Source: a virus (lineage: Duplodnaviria; Heunggongvirae; Uroviricota; Caudoviricetes). Taken from it: 64,000 nt of DNA. The first letter of the stretch is position 1. Every line of letters begins with the position of its first letter. Of this stretch, positions 1-9,718 are shown piece by piece. The notes beneath the pieces are model-generated. The model did no database searches. It had not been told where the DNA came from and worked only from the letters and a program-made list of their open reading frames with translations. The translations under genes were made by a program, and so were the position numbers. Where the stretch lies: IMG/VR virus record IMGVR_UViG_3300017705_000602; one strand, given 5' to 3'.

Positions 1-2
1 AG

Positions 3-494
3 ATGAACTACCAGAAAATAAACGGTAACTTAGTCGACAACGAAATTGTTAACGAACTAGGCGGCGTAATTGTACACGGCTGTAACGCGCAAGGTGCCAT
101 GGGTAGCGGCGTAGCACTGGTTATTAAAAACAAATGGCCGGTGGTTTACACTGACTATCGTGACATGCACGAACGTTACGGGCTTGAACTAGGTGATGTG
201 ATATTTTCGCATGTGGAACAGGAATTGTTTGTAGCCAACGCAATCACACAAGAATACTACCGTGGATGTAAATGGGGTCCTGTCAAAGACGTACATGTCG
301 ACTACGAGGCAATAGGTCGTGCGTTTGCTGAAATTGCAGACTTTTTTAATGATCACCCCGAAATCGAAAAGAATCTTCACATGCCATTAATTGGCGCAGG
401 CCTAGCAGGCGGTGATTGGGACACCATTGAGCAAATCATACTCGAAACTTTAAAAGACACCAACATACAGGTATACTTATGGATTTACAATTAG
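3..494 (+). CDS. Macro domain (ADP-ribose binding/hydrolase) protein
   Basis: HGCNAQGAMGSGVA and MPLIGAGLAGGDW macrodomain motifs. Confidence 0.9.
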   Translation: MNYQKINGNLVDNEIVNELGGVIVHGCNAQGAMGSGVALVIKNKWPVVYTDYRDMHERYGLELGDVIFSHVEQELFVANAITQEYYRGCKWGPVKDVHVDYEAIGRAFAEIADFFNDHPEIEKNLHMPLIGAGLAGGDWDTIEQIILETLKDTNIQVYLWIYN

Positions 495-679
495 AGCAAG
501 ATATCAAGTTTTTACTTTCGTTTGTTCCGTGTGATTCACCCGACGATGTACCAGAAGGGTTAAACCCAATGTTCTACTTTACTGGTACATGCGAAGGCGA
601 CAGAGAGATAGCTAGAAAGATATCTGATATTCGTTCCCGATACAATGTCGATCAAGAATCAACTGATACTGACGAATAG
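479..679 (+). CDS. hypothetical protein
   Basis: ATG ORF overlapping previous gene, operon-like packing. Confidence 0.55.
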   Translation: MDLQLEQDIKFLLSFVPCDSPDDVPEGLNPMFYFTGTCEGDREIARKISDIRSRYNVDQESTDTDE

Positions 680-709
680 CACGATAAGTAATGCAACACG
701 GAGGATTGC

Positions 710-991
710 ATGCACCCACTTTATGACCCGTCGTCTTTATCAGACGACGAACTACAAGATAAACTTGGCAAAAGCTATCAGATGCTTAACTACCAATCTC
801 AGTTTGGCAGACAAGGCACAATGGATAGCATACGCCAGGTGATCGATGCGCTAGAGTACGAAAAAGAAAAACGTTTTCAAGACAGACAGCGTGCCGAACA
901 AGAACGCCAAAAGCAAAAAAATAAAGATCCTAAATCGGATACGATTGAGCTAGGCGAATGTAAAATTGAAGAATTCAAGGACGACTATTAA
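710..991 (+). CDS. hypothetical coiled-coil protein
   Basis: GGAGG SD upstream; stop overlaps next start (TAATG). Confidence 0.75.
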   Translation: MHPLYDPSSLSDDELQDKLGKSYQMLNYQSQFGRQGTMDSIRQVIDALEYEKEKRFQDRQRAEQERQKQKNKDPKSDTIELGECKIEEFKDDY

Positions 992-1689
992 TGAAAATTG
1001 GTAATGAAGATTTGCCAAGCTACATGAGCTTTTCATTTTCTTTCACTGGGATGAGGTTGCAAGGTGCAACATTGTGTCCGGTTGACTGGGATGTTGAAAT
1101 ACAGCTTATTGGTGATAACGAATCGCACAGCCCAGAACAACATACACTTGCATTTCAAAGAATGTCTTATTGGGTAGAACTTGCATTGCTTGATGTAATT
1201 GTGTTAGATCCAGAGACATACGATAGTTTGCTTGCTCGCGAAGCAGAAAATTTAACCATGTGGTTACCCGGTCCAGCTAGCGATGATACACTTGCACAAG
1301 CATTGCACTCGAAGTTACAACAAATTGCAGGCAGCGCAATCATCCTAGGCGAAATAAAAGTAAACCCGTCAGATGCCCCTACTAAATATTATTTTTCGCC
1401 AATCAAGAAAGGGTACTACACGCTTAACCAAGAAAATTCAAAAAACACAGAACTTGATGTGTATCATGAAAAGCCTTGGTACTGCCGTGGAGACAGCCTC
1501 ACATACGAACTTATAGTGGATGACAACCAAACCAAGCAAAGTTACGACAACCTGCTAAAAGATTATCAAGATCCACTGGATATATTAAACGCACAGTTGT
1601 CAGAACAATTGGACGTATCGGTATCCGATGGCGAAAGCGAAGCCGAAATATATCAAGTAGGTGCTACAACAGATGGCAACAAAGAATAA
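991..1689 (+). CDS. hypothetical protein
   Basis: 232-aa ORF translationally coupled to neighbours. Confidence 0.75.
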   Translation: MKIGNEDLPSYMSFSFSFTGMRLQGATLCPVDWDVEIQLIGDNESHSPEQHTLAFQRMSYWVELALLDVIVLDPETYDSLLAREAENLTMWLPGPASDDTLAQALHSKLQQIAGSAIILGEIKVNPSDAPTKYYFSPIKKGYYTLNQENSKNTELDVYHEKPWYCRGDSLTYELIVDDNQTKQSYDNLLKDYQDPLDILNAQLSEQLDVSVSDGESEAEIYQVGATTDGNKE

Positions 1690-2176
1690 AAATTCGCAAC
1701 TGGTACACACTGTCGACGAAGTGTTAGGCATGCTTTTACGTAAAGGTGTCAACGGTGAAATTGTTTTAAACGACAGTGAAGAAATTGAGCATTTTCAAAA
1801 GCACAGCGAAATGCTCAATTCGCCTGTTGTACTGACCAGCGAAGACTTATCGGACAACTTTCACGAAGTTAAAACTAACCAGTGGAATATTCCAGATAAG
1901 TACCTTAATATAGACGTTGAGAATTACTTGCTCGAACGCTGTACTACACAAGTTGAAATCGATCGTGTTAACACTGAACTGGCTGAGTTTAAAAAACGAG
2001 ACTTGCTAGTGGTGTTGAACTTAATGATATATCTGGTAGATCATTTTATTGAAAATGATATTGTATGGGGAGTGGGCCGAGGATCTAGTGCGGCATCATA
2101 TTCCTTGTACCTGATAGGAATAAATCGTGTAAATAGCATTGAGTACGAACTCGACATTAAAGAGTTTTTTAAATAA
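1673..2176 (+). CDS. DNA polymerase III alpha (DnaE)-like fragment
   Basis: WGVGRGSSAASYSLYLIGINRVNSIEYELDIKEFF matches DnaE GxGRGSxAGSLVAYxLGITxxDPxxYxLxFERF; ATG at 1673 preferred. Confidence 0.85.
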   Translation: MATKNKNSQLVHTVDEVLGMLLRKGVNGEIVLNDSEEIEHFQKHSEMLNSPVVLTSEDLSDNFHEVKTNQWNIPDKYLNIDVENYLLERCTTQVEIDRVNTELAEFKKRDLLVVLNLMIYLVDHFIENDIVWGVGRGSSAASYSLYLIGINRVNSIEYELDIKEFFK

Positions 2177-2186
2177 AGGAATATAA

Positions 2187-2570
2187 ATGGCAAATCGCAG
2201 AACTTATCGCGGAAAAATGATTGACATGGAAACATTGCAAAAACAGAACGAACGTTCTACTGCAATGGGCAACATGGGCGTTAATGCTAAGGGTGATAAA
2301 CTTGGCAAAGGTGGCAAAGTAGTTGAGCCTGCTAACAGTCGCAGTCGCACACACTACAACACAAAGCGCACAACCGTAAACAATCGTGGTAGTCTGAAGT
2401 CAGAACCAACCCAAATGGATCAGGAAGTTTTTGATGAGCAAGAGGACACGAAAGCAAAAGAGACAACAAGTAAGAAGACGAGATCAAGCACACCGAAATC
2501 GACTTCTAAGAAAGTGAACGAAGTCGAACAAGACAACGGCGACATTGTAATTGAGGACACAGATGACTAA
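2187..2570 (+). CDS. hypothetical protein
   Basis: AAGGA SD, 127-aa ORF. Confidence 0.75.
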   Translation: MANRRTYRGKMIDMETLQKQNERSTAMGNMGVNAKGDKLGKGGKVVEPANSRSRTHYNTKRTTVNNRGSLKSEPTQMDQEVFDEQEDTKAKETTSKKTRSSTPKSTSKKVNEVEQDNGDIVIEDTDD

Positions 2571-2919
2571 AACAGTAAATGCATTACCAGGCCGAGTTTT
2601 AGTCAGTGATATTCAGCGTGGCGAACGACAGGTAGGCAAAATTATATTGCCTAATGATAATGGTAAGTCATCTGGTATTCGAGCACGCTGGGCAGAAGTT
2701 TATGATGTTGGCGAAGGCGTAGGCGATCTTAAAAAAGGCGACTGGGTTTTGCTTGCACACGGTCGTTGGACCAGAGGTGTAAAAGTTAATCCTAACACTG
2801 ACAACGAATTCACTGTGTGGCAAGCCGATTACCCGCAAGGTGTACTAGCAGTGTCAGACGAGCCAACCGAAACGTTCGCAGGAGAAAGCTTAGTACAAGT
2901 TGAAAAACTACAGAGGTAA
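2563..2919 (+). CDS. groES: GroES-like co-chaperonin
   Basis: ALPGRVLV...GKIILP...AEVYDVGEG...KKGDWVL Cpn10 pattern; GAGG SD before ATG 2563. Confidence 0.8.
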   Translation: MTKTVNALPGRVLVSDIQRGERQVGKIILPNDNGKSSGIRARWAEVYDVGEGVGDLKKGDWVLLAHGRWTRGVKVNPNTDNEFTVWQADYPQGVLAVSDEPTETFAGESLVQVEKLQR

Positions 2920-2922
2920 CAC

Positions 2923-3258
2923 ATGCGAGAACACAACACAGACAATGAAACCGAGGTTCGGTTCACATCCGATATAGTTGACGAATTTGAAATCGACACG
3001 CCTGTTATCCTTATCGACAATCCAGCTTTTGTCGATGAGGATGGCAACATAAAGGTTGCCGATCGTAAAGTTATTACACCAGACGGATACCTACCAGAAA
3101 GCACAGACGACGAAACACTTCGAGCTGAAGTTGCATGCATTGTAAAACACGAGATATCAAATAATATCAGCAAGAATGTTGCATACTTAATGAAATATCG
3201 TTATACTGTTAACGAAACAACAAACGAACTGAAAGTTATTATTCACGGCGTCTACTAA
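2923..3258 (+). CDS. hypothetical protein
   Basis: GAGG SD, 111 aa. Confidence 0.7.
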   Translation: MREHNTDNETEVRFTSDIVDEFEIDTPVILIDNPAFVDEDGNIKVADRKVITPDGYLPESTDDETLRAEVACIVKHEISNNISKNVAYLMKYRYTVNETTNELKVIIHGVY

Positions 3259-3277
3259 CACACAACAAGGAAGTCTT

Positions 3278-4210
3278 ATGAAAGATTTATGGACAGAAAA
3301 ATATCGTCCTAGCACCATTGAAGGTTACGTATTTCGTGACCAAGCACAAAAAGAACAAGTACAAGAGTGGATCGACTCAGGTGCAATTCCTCATTTGTTA
3401 TTTTCTGGCGTACAAGGCGCAGGCAAAACAACACTTGCTAAATTATTGCTGAACGAACTAGGCGCACACGAGTTTGATATCAAAATGATCAACGCATCGT
3501 CAAACAACGGTGTTGATTTTATTCGTGACACAGTGGAAAATTTTGCCACTGTAATGGGCTTTGGTGATTTTAAATACATTATACTGGATGAGGCCGATTA
3601 CTTGTCCCCGAACGCACAAGCGGCATTGCGCGGTGTAATGGAAAAATATTCAAACTCACTGCGCTTTGTGCTTACTTGTAATTACCCTAACAAGGTGATT
3701 CCTGCTATACATTCACGTTGCCAAGGTTTCCATATACAGAATCTTGACAAAACAGAATACACAGCACGCATGGCAGAAATACTGATAACAGAAGGTGTTG
3801 AGTTTGAACTTGAAGTGCTAGACACTTATGTGAAGACAACATACCCAGACATGCGTAAATGCATCAATCTGTGTCAGCAAAATGTCAAGGCAGGACAATT
3901 ACAATCGCCCAGTGTCGACGACGGTGCTAGTCAAAGCGATGCACAACTGATGATGGTTGCACTGTTTAAAGAAAAACGTTATAAAGAAGCACGCGAAGTT
4001 ATCTGCAAACAAGTGGCCCCGGAAGAGTACGATGATCTATTTCGTTTTATGTATCAGAACTTGGAATTCTGGGCAGAAGGTGATGCAGACAAAGAAGACC
4101 AGTGTGTACTAATTATTCGCAATGGACTAGTAAAGAGTGTATCATGTGCTGATGCAGAGATAAACATTGCGGCAACCATGATCGAATTAGAAATGGTTGC
4201 AAACTCATAA
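3278..4210 (+). CDS. Clamp loader AAA+ subunit (RFC small subunit / T4 gp44-like)
   Basis: LWTEKYRP, Walker A GVQGAGKT, LDEAD, SRC motif. Confidence 0.95.
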   Translation: MKDLWTEKYRPSTIEGYVFRDQAQKEQVQEWIDSGAIPHLLFSGVQGAGKTTLAKLLLNELGAHEFDIKMINASSNNGVDFIRDTVENFATVMGFGDFKYIILDEADYLSPNAQAALRGVMEKYSNSLRFVLTCNYPNKVIPAIHSRCQGFHIQNLDKTEYTARMAEILITEGVEFELEVLDTYVKTTYPDMRKCINLCQQNVKAGQLQSPSVDDGASQSDAQLMMVALFKEKRYKEAREVICKQVAPEEYDDLFRFMYQNLEFWAEGDADKEDQCVLIIRNGLVKSVSCADAEINIAATMIELEMVANS

Positions 4211-4219
4211 GGAATTGAG

Positions 4220-4498
4220 ATGCCTAAAAAGGAAAAGGACACTTTTGTAGTGCTGACGCACAGATATCAGCGTTCGAAACAGCACAAAGACAAATGGGAA
4301 GTACACGAAACTTGTGATGTTGTCGATCGTGTAAAAACAAACATGTACACCAGTGCAACGTGCATTGTTAACATCACACAAAAGAAAGTCGAAAAAAATC
4401 GGGCAGGTGGCAAAGGTGATGCCGACTACGATAACCTGATCAAGTACTTGCTTGATACTTACCCGGATCAATTTAAGCAAATTGGATTTAACGGTTAG
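4220..4498 (+). CDS. hypothetical protein
   Basis: AAGGA SD, operon position. Confidence 0.7.
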   Translation: MPKKEKDTFVVLTHRYQRSKQHKDKWEVHETCDVVDRVKTNMYTSATCIVNITQKKVEKNRAGGKGDADYDNLIKYLLDTYPDQFKQIGFNG

Positions 4499-4499
4499 C

Positions 4500-4736
4500 A
4501 TGACTGAATGTACACACACAAAACATGTGCCGGGTTACTGGCAAGACAGAGCAGACCACGATCCCGAAGAATGGGAATGCGGTGGCTATGATTTAGGGCC
4601 GCATGAGTACATCGAAGGATACGACGAACAAACAGTTGTTGACATTGATACGCACAGATACAAATGCACACAATGCAACAAAGTCTTTTATTACTCGGAA
4701 CGAGCTCGCCAAATGTACGAAGGCGCAGAGGAATAG
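4500..4736 (+). CDS. small putative Zn-ribbon protein
   Basis: CTH...CTQC; ATG right after previous stop. Confidence 0.6.
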   Translation: MTECTHTKHVPGYWQDRADHDPEEWECGGYDLGPHEYIEGYDEQTVVDIDTHRYKCTQCNKVFYYSERARQMYEGAEE

Positions 4737-4737
4737 C

Positions 4738-5214
4738 ATGAGCACAATCATGGAAACACGCGAATACCAAGCTATACACAAGTTTTACGGAGCACGTATA
4801 GCACAACGATCTCAATTGCCGTTGATGAATCACATTAACGAAGGCATTGCTATACTTGAGGAATTCGGGTGCGACATGAAAACTCAGCAAGCATTTTGTT
4901 TACATCCGCTTGTTCAAAACGACGAAGACGTTGACGTATCGTGGAGCAGTGCGTATCTGCTTGCGCTTGAATACAAACAACGAGCCAACTCGTACTTGTG
5001 CAAACCTGAAACTGATCATGTTCGTACACACCAAGCCGTGTACGAACTGGTCGGGCCAATGTCGCAGGAGTGTGCATACATGTTGATTGCTGACAAACGA
5101 CAGAATCAAAAAGACTTTATTGCACATCACAAAGGCACGCATGCACGCAGTGAACAACTGTTTCGATACTTTAATATGTGGCTGTCTTATTTACATATGG
5201 AGATTACAAAATGA
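4738..5214 (+). CDS. hypothetical protein (possibly HD-like)
   Basis: NHINEG...FCLHP...LIADK spacing reminiscent of HD-fold proteins; ATG at 4738. Confidence 0.6.
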   Translation: MSTIMETREYQAIHKFYGARIAQRSQLPLMNHINEGIAILEEFGCDMKTQQAFCLHPLVQNDEDVDVSWSSAYLLALEYKQRANSYLCKPETDHVRTHQAVYELVGPMSQECAYMLIADKRQNQKDFIAHHKGTHARSEQLFRYFNMWLSYLHMEITK

Positions 5215-5813
5215 AACGTAAAATTATTCTTAGCGATTGCGACGGCGTGCTGTTAGATTGGCGTACAGGTTTCTTGGATTGGTTACCCGATCATATCTCC
5301 GATACTTTACAAATGGACGCACTGGAGCATGAAAACTTTAACAATGCGTTTGATTACGACCAACGTCACATCGATGAACTGGCACACGAGTTCAATCGCT
5401 CCGAAGCAATCAGTAGACTTGCACCTTGGCACGATTCAGTTGAGTATGTTAAAAAGCTGGGCGAGCTTGGCTTCCGATTTCATATATGCACTGCAATGGG
5501 AACTAACGAATTGTGTCAACAGTATCGCGAATACAACCTTTATTCGCTGTACGGCGATTTGTTTGATATTGTTCAATTGATGCCAGTGGGATCCTCAAAG
5601 GCAAGCTGGTTAGATCAATATCGAGACTCTGGTTACTTTTGGTTAGAAGATCATGTAGGGCATGCACAAGATGGTGCCGCACTAGGACTTAAAAGTGTAG
5701 TGGTTACTGACTCGTCAAACTCGCAGTATACTGACATCAATTTGCCACGCACAAGCGAACAAACACCGTGGCGTGATATTTACGAAATGGTACTACAGGA
5801 GTACAGCCTGTGA
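5211..5813 (+). CDS. HAD-family 5'(3')-deoxyribonucleotidase-like
   Basis: ILSDCDGVLLDW motif I, K, WLED motif IV. Confidence 0.85.
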   Translation: MKRKIILSDCDGVLLDWRTGFLDWLPDHISDTLQMDALEHENFNNAFDYDQRHIDELAHEFNRSEAISRLAPWHDSVEYVKKLGELGFRFHICTAMGTNELCQQYREYNLYSLYGDLFDIVQLMPVGSSKASWLDQYRDSGYFWLEDHVGHAQDGAALGLKSVVVTDSSNSQYTDINLPRTSEQTPWRDIYEMVLQEYSL

Positions 5814-6034
5814 GCAATAAACCGTTATGGTTGACAGCAGTAGCGTCTATAGGTCTTGTTGTAGCCTTAGTGACAATGCTCGGTAATAAAAAGAGCGCAG
5901 TCGAAAAGTACGACGATGGGTTCGAAGACAAGTGTAATAAAAAAGGTGGTATAGTGATGTACGATAATAGAGGGCCAACAAGCATACCGCATTGCATTTC
6001 GCAAAAGGTTGTTATACCGATAACAACAGAATAA
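5810..6034 (+). CDS. small membrane-anchored protein
   Basis: N-terminal hydrophobic helix; GTGA overlap. Confidence 0.6.
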   Translation: MSNKPLWLTAVASIGLVVALVTMLGNKKSAVEKYDDGFEDKCNKKGGIVMYDNRGPTSIPHCISQKVVIPITTE

Positions 6035-6061
6035 AAAAGCGCCTTACGAGGCGCTTTTTTT
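6033..6061. terminator. bidirectional intrinsic terminator
   Basis: AAAAAAGCGCCT-TACG-AGGCGCTTTTTT between convergent genes. Confidence 0.9.
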
Positions 6062-6689
6062 ATGACTGTCTATATTTGCAATTTGCGTTATGGTATCTAG
6101 TTATTGCAGATTGTGTGCTTTCTTTTCCGCAATGCTCGCATTTAACTTTTTTTCTCATGTGGTCAAATGATTTAGTTTTTAATGTTTCGCTGATTCGCTT
6201 TTTGACTTCGCTAGGATGTGCCTTGCCTTTGTTCCATGGTGTCTTACCTTTTAACGACTCGGATGCTTTGCGTTTAGACTCTGCCGACGCAGGAATTCCC
6301 TTGTTCCACGCAACCGTTCCTTTGGTTGGACTCACTCTGCCTTTTAGCCCCTTTGTACGCTTGTTAATCCACTCCGGTGTTTGCTTAATGTTAGATTTTA
6401 GAGTTTCGTACATTTTACTGGTTATTTTTTGATCATGCACTGTGTAAAGCAGAATTGCTGCATACTTTAGCTTACTAAGATAAGGATCCTGATCTACCAT
6501 TTTTGTTAGCAAAAGGTGGCAAACAAAATGCTGGCGCGCAGAAAGAGCAACTATATTTTCGTTGTCATCGCTACCGCCCATGCACCGTGGAATAATGTGA
6601 TGTTTCTCGATGTATCCGCTATGAGAGTTTACTTTTGCAGACTCGACTATAGCAAAGTACCACTTTGTATATTTGTTATTTAAGAACAT
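6060..6689 (-). mobile_element. free-standing HNH homing endonuclease with NUMOD3 repeats
   Basis: EKHHIIPRCMGGSD..ENIVALSARQHFVCH; repeated WNKG..S.E.K.K.SE. Confidence 0.9.
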
Positions 6690-6700
6690 AATTTATTGCC

Positions 6701-6728
6701 AAAAAAATAGCGTACATATAGTACGCTA
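6701..6728 (-). terminator. intrinsic terminator after phoH
   Basis: minus strand TAGCGTAC-TATAT-GTACGCTA followed by T-run. Confidence 0.7.
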
Positions 6729-6742
6729 CCTAAGTAAATTAT

Positions 6743-7468
6743 TTATTCATCCTCTCCGTAGACAGTTAATACTTCTGAAACTACAGGATCTCGTTCGATG
6801 TCTTTGTGTTGGAAATAAGTAGTCTTCAACACATGCGAGCCGCCGCGTGACTCTAATCTCTCGATAAAATCCTTTAGCCCGTTTGCTTCGAATCCGCGAT
6901 CGTGCTGTGCCAAGTCACCTGTAACTGAACAGTATGAGCCTTCGCCCATGCGTGTTAGTAACATTTTCATTTGGTTAGGCGTAGCGTTTTGCATTTCATC
7001 AGCAACAATATATGCGTTTTTGAACGTGCGGCCTCGCATGAATGACAATGGCGCAACTTCGATGATTCTTTCTTCAAGTATTGTTTTGATTTCAGCAGGA
7101 TTATAGTATTCTTCGAACACATCCATTATAGGACGAGTCCAAGGTTCCATTTTCTGGTTTAGATCACCAGGTAAAAAGCCATGCTGTTCATCAACCGACA
7201 CAGCCGGACGAGTGATAACAATACGCGATATTTGATTTTCTTTTAGAAGTCTAATTGCATTCATTACTGCAAGCAACGTTTTACCAGTACCGGCAGGACC
7301 AAGTGCAAATGTAATACGTGTGCTCATGTCGCACAAGTCGGCAACATAATTTTCTTGAGCTAAGTTACGTGGTATCATTTCAACCTTTCTGAATCTGGTT
7401 TTCTGTAGTTGATTCTTGTTTGATTGATCGAAATCGATTACTTGGCTAGACTGCTTCTTTTTTCTCAA
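6743..7468 (-). CDS. phoH: PhoH-family ATPase
   Basis: GPAGTGKT, ITRP, GFLPG, MRGRTF, DEMQN, GDxxQxD; TTG start with AGGAG SD. Confidence 0.95.
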   Translation of the reverse strand: MRKKKQSSQVIDFDQSNKNQLQKTRFRKVEMIPRNLAQENYVADLCDMSTRITFALGPAGTGKTLLAVMNAIRLLKENQISRIVITRPAVSVDEQHGFLPGDLNQKMEPWTRPIMDVFEEYYNPAEIKTILEERIIEVAPLSFMRGRTFKNAYIVADEMQNATPNQMKMLLTRMGEGSYCSVTGDLAQHDRGFEANGLKDFIERLESRGGSHVLKTTYFQHKDIERDPVVSEVLTVYGEDE

Positions 7469-7698
7469 TGTATTTCTCCTGTGGAATTGAGGCCAGACTT
7501 CAAGGTAGCGAAAGCTCGTCCTGAGATAAATGTCTGGAGTAAAGATGAATAGAAGTGAAATTTGATATTTGTATTTTCCATCTACATATACTTATCATCT
7601 GAAAATGATAATGGCCTTAAAAAGACATTTTTCTTAAACTTATTAAACTCGCTCATCTTATAGATAAATACATAAAATTAACGTTAGTAGGAAGGTTC

Positions 7699-8247
7699 AT
7701 GGTTTACGGATTAGAAGACGTAAGGAATACTTTAGCAAATATTACCCAACAAGAGTACTTGATTGATATGCTGTACGAGTACGAACGCACACTTGAAGAA
7801 GTGGGCATCAAAGCATACAAGAACTGGTACGCCGGCGAATTACTTGACGGTCCTCACGTATCTAAATACTGGATGACATGCAAGTTTATGTACCCGGAAA
7901 AGCTAATGCCCGATCCGGATGGTGCATTACGACTTACCAAGATAGGTTGCGAAGTAAACTTTACAAAAGATACATTAAAAAAGCCGGTGAAGATCACATC
8001 ACCACGCGATTGGCAAAACAACACAACCAAGCAGGCCAAGATACAAGAAAAGCCTGTATGGGTAGTTGAAATTGCAATGCCATTAAAATACATCACTGAC
8101 AACTTTGATCAACTCAATAGTTTTCTCGATAATGATGAAGACTTGTACGACAACCAAGAAGTTGCAGACCAGTACGAAGATGACGAACCTTTGAGCGATG
8201 AAGATATTGTCGATTCGGAATTCGAAGACGGTGAGGAAGAACTATAA
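7699..8247 (+). CDS. hypothetical protein with acidic C-terminus
   Basis: 182-aa ORF downstream of GATAAATA late-type motif. Confidence 0.75.
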   Translation: MVYGLEDVRNTLANITQQEYLIDMLYEYERTLEEVGIKAYKNWYAGELLDGPHVSKYWMTCKFMYPEKLMPDPDGALRLTKIGCEVNFTKDTLKKPVKITSPRDWQNNTTKQAKIQEKPVWVVEIAMPLKYITDNFDQLNSFLDNDEDLYDNQEVADQYEDDEPLSDEDIVDSEFEDGEEEL

Positions 8248-8939
8248 TGAGAAACAGTCTTAAAGGTACTATTCTAGACAAGATCACAATCGACGAGTTT
8301 ACACCTAAGTCGGGTGTTTCGGAAGAAGTTGCAGTTGTTGCGTTTTACGCAACAGACGATGCACCAGCACAAGATCTTAACACATATATACAGCGCGGTT
8401 ATGTTGACGTTATCGATGCCGAAGTTAGTCCTAACCCTGACGAAGATGGCAACTATGTTGTTTTTGTTGAAGTGGCACGCGATGCAAACTTTCTTGATAT
8501 CTTTTTGAGATTGGTCAAGGACATTGAAAACGTTGCAGGTTCATGCGACTGGAAAGTAGAACCTTTCAGTGCCGAGCAAGCATTTGATATAGACGACCCT
8601 GCATTGGTTAAGCATCTCACGCTTGGTAAAGTAACAGAAAGCATCAGGCGCTTTCTTGAAAATTCCAACATTGCTAAAATTACACTGGAGCACGATACTA
8701 TTGACTTTGGCAAAGTAAAAGGTGTGCTAAAAGATTTTGGCAGAGTCGAAAGCATCATGGGCAAATACTCGCTGGCAGAATCTGTTATTGATATTGACTC
8801 AACTGAAGCTTCGGCACTTGAAAGTTTATTAGGCAGTGAGTATCAAGTTTCCAAGTACGGCTCTAATGTTTTTATTGCACATCAAACAAATGAAAATGCA
8901 GTTGTGCTAAACAATCTAATTTTTACCCACTCGTTTTAA
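8247..8939 (+). CDS. hypothetical protein
   Basis: TAATG coupling, 230 aa. Confidence 0.75.
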   Translation: MRNSLKGTILDKITIDEFTPKSGVSEEVAVVAFYATDDAPAQDLNTYIQRGYVDVIDAEVSPNPDEDGNYVVFVEVARDANFLDIFLRLVKDIENVAGSCDWKVEPFSAEQAFDIDDPALVKHLTLGKVTESIRRFLENSNIAKITLEHDTIDFGKVKGVLKDFGRVESIMGKYSLAESVIDIDSTEASALESLLGSEYQVSKYGSNVFIAHQTNENAVVLNNLIFTHSF

Positions 8940-8985
8940 TCAAACCATAAATAAGATTGTAGCCCATTAACTGCAATCTTATTTT

Positions 8986-9708
8986 ATGACACACTATCAG
9001 ACACTTGGCGTTGACAACAACGCAACATCAAAAGAAATTAAACGTGCATACAAGAAAAAGTCGTTTGACTATCATCCTGACCGAAACAAAGATGCATCAG
9101 CACAAGCACAGTTCCAACTTATCGGCGAAGCATATTCGTGCCTGAGTGATCCTCACAAGCGCAAGCAGTACGACAACGAACTGCAAGGCAAGAACAAAAA
9201 CCCGTTTGAAGATTTACAAGATTACTTTTACCAGCAAGGTCATGCAAAAAAGCCAAAGCCCGCAAATGATTTTTCGGCCACAGTAACACTGGAAGAAGCC
9301 TGTAACGGTTGCAAACGAGTTATCCCAGGATCGAAAACAGTTGTTCAGATACCTGCAGGTGTAACAGAAGGATCTCGTGTAACCACTGGCAAAACAACAA
9401 TTATTATTAAAGTTGCTAAAAACAATAAATTTGTCTTGCGAAAACATGATCTTTATACAACACTGTATGTTGATGCAATACAAGCAATGGTCGGGATTGA
9501 CTTATTCATTAACCATCCGGACGGTACAAAGTTAAAAACTAGGATTTCAGCAGGAACGCAGGAAGGCCAAAAGATTCGTATTGCAGGTAAAGGAATTAGT
9601 GACGCTGGAGACTTGTATATTTTTTGCCATATTGTTATTCCAGACTTGACAGAAAAAGACAAAGATAGTATTATACATTTACTCAGTAGTTCATCAGCAG
9701 AAATATAA
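8986..9708 (+). CDS. dnaJ: DnaJ-family co-chaperone (class B, no Zn finger)
   Basis: J domain with HPD; C-terminal RIAGKG..GDLY. Confidence 0.9.
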   Translation: MTHYQTLGVDNNATSKEIKRAYKKKSFDYHPDRNKDASAQAQFQLIGEAYSCLSDPHKRKQYDNELQGKNKNPFEDLQDYFYQQGHAKKPKPANDFSATVTLEEACNGCKRVIPGSKTVVQIPAGVTEGSRVTTGKTTIIIKVAKNNKFVLRKHDLYTTLYVDAIQAMVGIDLFINHPDGTKLKTRISAGTQEGQKIRIAGKGISDAGDLYIFCHIVIPDLTEKDKDSIIHLLSSSSAEI

Positions 9709-9718
9709 AGGGTACATT

